Source: an uncultured Oligoflexus sp.
Lineage (GTDB): Bacteria; Bdellovibrionota_B; Oligoflexia; Oligoflexales; Oligoflexaceae
Assembly: GCA_964236955.1 (NCBI GenBank)
Contig: CAXSGP010000100.1
Span: forward strand, 1-16,526
Direction of reading: 5' to 3'
DNA: 16,526 bases
Shown here in pieces: positions 16,197 through 16,526 of this stretch. How positions within the stretch are numbered: the stretch's first letter is position 1; every line of letters starts with the position of its first letter. Below the pieces are notes generated by a model. That model had not been told where the DNA came from, did no database searches, and saw only the letters and a list, made by a program, of their open reading frames with translations. Made by a program: the position numbers and the translations under genes.

Positions 16197-16526
16197 ATGA
16201 AAATCAATCACGCAGTTCTCGTTTCGGTTTCTTTGCTCACCACCAGTTTAGCTGCCGCGAATAATGTGCAAAGGCCGAATTGCAACCTGACGAATAACGG
16301 CAAAACATACTCAAGCGACGACAATGTAGAGATGTGTGTAGGAAACAATTGGATATCCTTGAATAACCGCGCGTCCGATAAAGGCGATAAAGGTGATAAA
16401 GGTGAAAGGGGCGACGTAGGGCCTATTGGTATTCCTGGTCCCGCTGGTGCCACTGGTCCCGCTGGTCCCCCTGGTGCCACTGGTCCCGCTGGTCCCGCTG
16501 GTCCCGCTGGTCCAGCGGGACCAGCG
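16197..16526 (+). CDS. Secreted collagen-like (Gly-X-Y repeat) protein, 5' partial and running off the window
   Basis: RBS AAGGA at 16186-16190 and ATG 16197. Translates as [62 protein letters not shown] followed by 16 uninterrupted G-X-Y triplets, with no stop in the window. Confidence 0.9.
   Translation, partial: MKINHAVLVSVSLLTTSLAAANNVQRPNCNLTNNGKTYSSDDNVEMCVGNNWISLNNRASDKGDKGDKGERGDVGPIGIPGPAGATGPAGPPGATGPAGPAGPAGPAGPA
16383..16526 (+). repeat. 9-nt periodic collagen-coding repeats
   Basis: GGYGATAAA twice, then GGTCCCGCT five times interspersed with GGTGCCACT twice, including a near-perfect 27-nt duplication. Confidence 0.85.

Noticed and set aside
16208..16480. Minus-strand 90-aa ORF with GPAGP/SPL repeats
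   Set aside because: It is the antisense shadow of the + strand collagen gene, which has an RBS and a signal peptide.
1..16526. CRISPR array, tRNA/rRNA, IS, integrase, reverse transcriptase or defence-system genes
   Set aside because: I found no spaced direct repeats, cloverleaf structures or corresponding protein motifs by eye. The remaining short ORFs in the track are shadows of longer genes.

Overview
About 50% GC bacterial window with 12 supportable CDSs and no rRNA, tRNA, CRISPR array or mobile element that I can see. It is dominated by exported proteins, six of them predicted lipoproteins. The domain repertoire suggests Bdellovibrionota/Oligoflexia, which is an inference and not demonstrated. 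In order: (1) a 330-aa lipoprotein; (2) a ~1416-aa lipoprotein adhesin with Calx-beta, PKD/Ig/FN3-like modules and 14 delta-60 propeller blades, which shares an unnamed two-Cys N-terminal domain with (1); (3) a DUF2723/TMEM260-like membrane glycosyltransferase with a TPR-like tail; (4) a VOC/glyoxalase; (5) a small lipoprotein; (6) an SLT-type lytic transglycosylase on the minus strand, divergent from (7) a MACPF-like lipoprotein; (8) an Asp-box beta-propeller lipoprotein coupled to (9) a lipoprotein that appears paralogous to (5); (10) a signal-peptide-bearing SAM methyltransferase; (11) a PilZ protein on the minus strand; then a ~900-bp hairpin-rich intergenic region and (12) the 5' end of a secreted collagen-like protein absent from the ORF track. 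The best candidate for an undescribed system is 304-7749: a possible subunit plus tip-adhesin lipoprotein pair next to a putative protein O-glycosyltransferase. All family calls are by motif recognition; no searches were run.
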